Shown here piece after piece: positions 61,801 through 64,000 of a DNA stretch of 64,000 nucleotides (positions are counted from its first letter, which is position 1; each line of letters opens with the position of its first letter). The notes under the pieces were generated by a model. The model saw only the letters and a program-made list of their open reading frames with translations, ran no database searches and was not told the origin of the DNA. The position numbers were made by a program, and so were the translations under genes. Source of the DNA: Raillietiella orientalis (lineage: Eukaryota); the NCBI GenBank assembly GCA_036172245.1, contig JAYWIR010000011.1, positions 4,154,001 through 4,218,000 on the forward strand. The letters run 5' to 3'.

Positions 61801-64000
61801 CGTCGCTGCTAGTGAGTCCCGATGAAGTTTCCTTGTTTTCGCTCGGTTACAGAATGCCTTTCAGTTAATAGGAGTGAATGTAAAAGATGGACTTTAATTA
61901 TGAGCTAAATTGTATCCGATGCCTTTTGATCGCAAAGGATTTCGCCCTTTATGGATAGATTGCTCTGCTTTATGGCTTTCGTACCATTCTTTTTTTTTTC
62001 CTTTTTCACAGTGAACGCCTATTTTTGCCAAGCAGACCACCATCTCTAGGGTTCTATCGTAAGCAGAATCCAACATTTCTGGTTATTATTAGAAACGTGA
62101 CCAGTCTAAGTACACTCTATCATTATGGATGGCTGCAGATCGGGAGTTTCTATGATAGGTTGCTGAATTTCTCCTCATTTATTTCCCAGATGCCTTTGAT
62201 TGGGCACTGCTTTGCTGAAACTACTTTCCTGTATTCTAGAAAATCGTAGAAGCACCTAAGATCACAGAAATAGTTGATCTGTGTACGTATTTTCCTTCTA
62301 GTGTTTTACTTCTGTGTACATATCTCATTTATTCAGAACTCCAGAAGTCTGGGAATTTTTAGACTCCCTTTCATTTCACATCGGAATCTTCATCCTGATC
62401 GTTACATCCTTCCCGCATTCCGCTTCCTTTTTTTGTCAAAAATTCGTCCATTTTTCCACTGAGTAAATGAAAATGGTGTTCATTCTCCACTCATTATTAT
62501 TTCATATAATTATGACACGGTGTTCTCCTATTGAATCACAACGAAATTACAAATTCCATATGTTCTCACGAACCTTTCGCATTAACCGAGCTGCACATCT
62601 ATCTCCTGAGACAAAGAGCACACAGAAGGACGTTCTCAATCACTCTTCCTGTCGACATTATTCCAGAGCACATGCACACTTCACATATCTTTTGTCTACC
62701 CCAAATTCTAAAAAGTGAACTCTAATCAGGATGGTGGTTATGTAGCTTCCGGACAGGCGCTCTTCGGCTCCAAAACAATTTTCGTTCCCTGACTGGAACA
62801 TTCGGTTTTCCTACAACGGGTTCGGCTTACGAATTCTTCCTCCTTCTCGCTTAGGGATCGCTCTGCGAAGATCGTGCGATGAACTGCCACGCGAACACCA
62901 GTCCAAACCAGGGTTCCCACTTTATTTGCTGCTGAATAAAAAATTTGAGCGTCCGCTCTTACCGCACTACGCTTCCGTAATTCTTTTCAGTATTCCCTTT
63001 TAGCGTCGTACCATTCGGTCGTTTAGCAGTGCGCGAAAATGTATATTTCTGTTCGATCTCCACTGAGGGAACGCTGGAGAAAGGTGTTCATGTTCTGTGG
63101 AGCAGGCGCTGCTGCACATACCTGCGGTAGGTGCGTCCCGAACTTCATTCAAATCTTTCCTATCGTTCTGAGATGACAGCTTCCGAAACATTATTGTTCT
63201 CCGTGTGCAGTCCTTTGATCGTGCTGTGCTCAGCATCCAAAATTATGGGACGATTGGTTCTTCACGTCTTGATGCCAGTGGCCACCTAGTCTCCATTGGC
63301 TGTTCCTGAGAAGCTCGCGAAGTAAAGTAGGGGCAATTTCTACGCGCACCGCATGGTGCAGAACTCGCTGATGGCGCTGGTTATCTTTTCTTGAGAGGTC
63401 TCTGGGAAAAGGGCGTCGTCAGCTTTGCACACACTCTCCGCCCCGTCCTACTCTTCCGTTTTGTCCAAAGTCACAGAATTCTTCCGTTTGATCTTCCGAC
63501 CTTGGAAGGAATTTTATCGAGTGGCTCTCTCCAAAGAGTCCTCCCACGCAACGGGTGGATTCCTACGTCCGTGTTGAGAAGCCCGAATCGGAGTCGAAGC
63601 GGTTCGCTTGCCGATATCACGGCTCGTTTCGTGCTCCCTTGAGAGCGCGTCCCTGGCGCGCCTCTGGATCCCGTACCAGAAATCTGCATTTTCATCTGCA
63701 TCCGCGTAAGCGCACAAGCTGATCTGATTTCCTCCCGAAAGAACGGAAGTCTATTCTGGTCGGAGGAATCTTCGCTCGCGCGTTAAGGAGAAGGAAGCAA
63801 GAGGTGGGAAAGGGATACCTCCCAGCTTCCTTGTTTTTTTTTTTTTTTCTGCATCTTCACTCGGAAATCTCGAGAGCACGCGCGCGCGCGAATAACTCCA
63901 GCCCGTGCTTTCTCGGATAAACCCGACACCATCTCACGCATTCCCGGAAAGTCCGTGAAGGTTAACTCCAGAAAACCTGTTTCCTCTAAGTCATCTCCCA

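Noticed and set aside
1..64000. CRISPR array, operon or other prokaryotic/viral system
   Set aside because: No regularly spaced direct repeats or intronless gene clusters; all recognisable genes are spliceosomal eukaryotic genes.

Overview
Eukaryotic, arthropod-like genomic DNA (probably pancrustacean; species not determinable from this window) with GT-AG introns as short as 43 nt and many poly(A)/poly(T) runs. The main feature is a complete muscle myosin II heavy chain gene (Mhc) on the minus strand (ATG 47864 to about 27323). I traced 33 coding exons per transcript by hand with consistent phases (about 1945 aa). It has three pairs of equal-length duplicated exons that look mutually exclusive: P-loop/loop-1 (103 nt x2), the post-loop-2 'EQLN...RCIIPNE' exon (88 nt x2), and the converter (118 nt x2, both with GC donors). 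The exons matching Drosophila alternative clusters 3, 7, 9 and 15 appear single-copy. A PIG-C gene (+, about 25513-27018) converges on Mhc and their 3' ends probably overlap. The last three exons of a PAQR4-like gene (+) lie at 4013-4578. The rest is mostly decayed retroelements: Ty3/gypsy relics, several divergent L1/Tx1-like LINE 3' fragments that share a palindromic terminus, and a tRNA-headed SINE of about 700 nt. I found no prokaryotic system or CRISPR array. The most interesting signals are the Mhc splicing architecture (exon repertoire, GC donors, UGCAUG cluster, hairpins) and the LINE/SINE pair.
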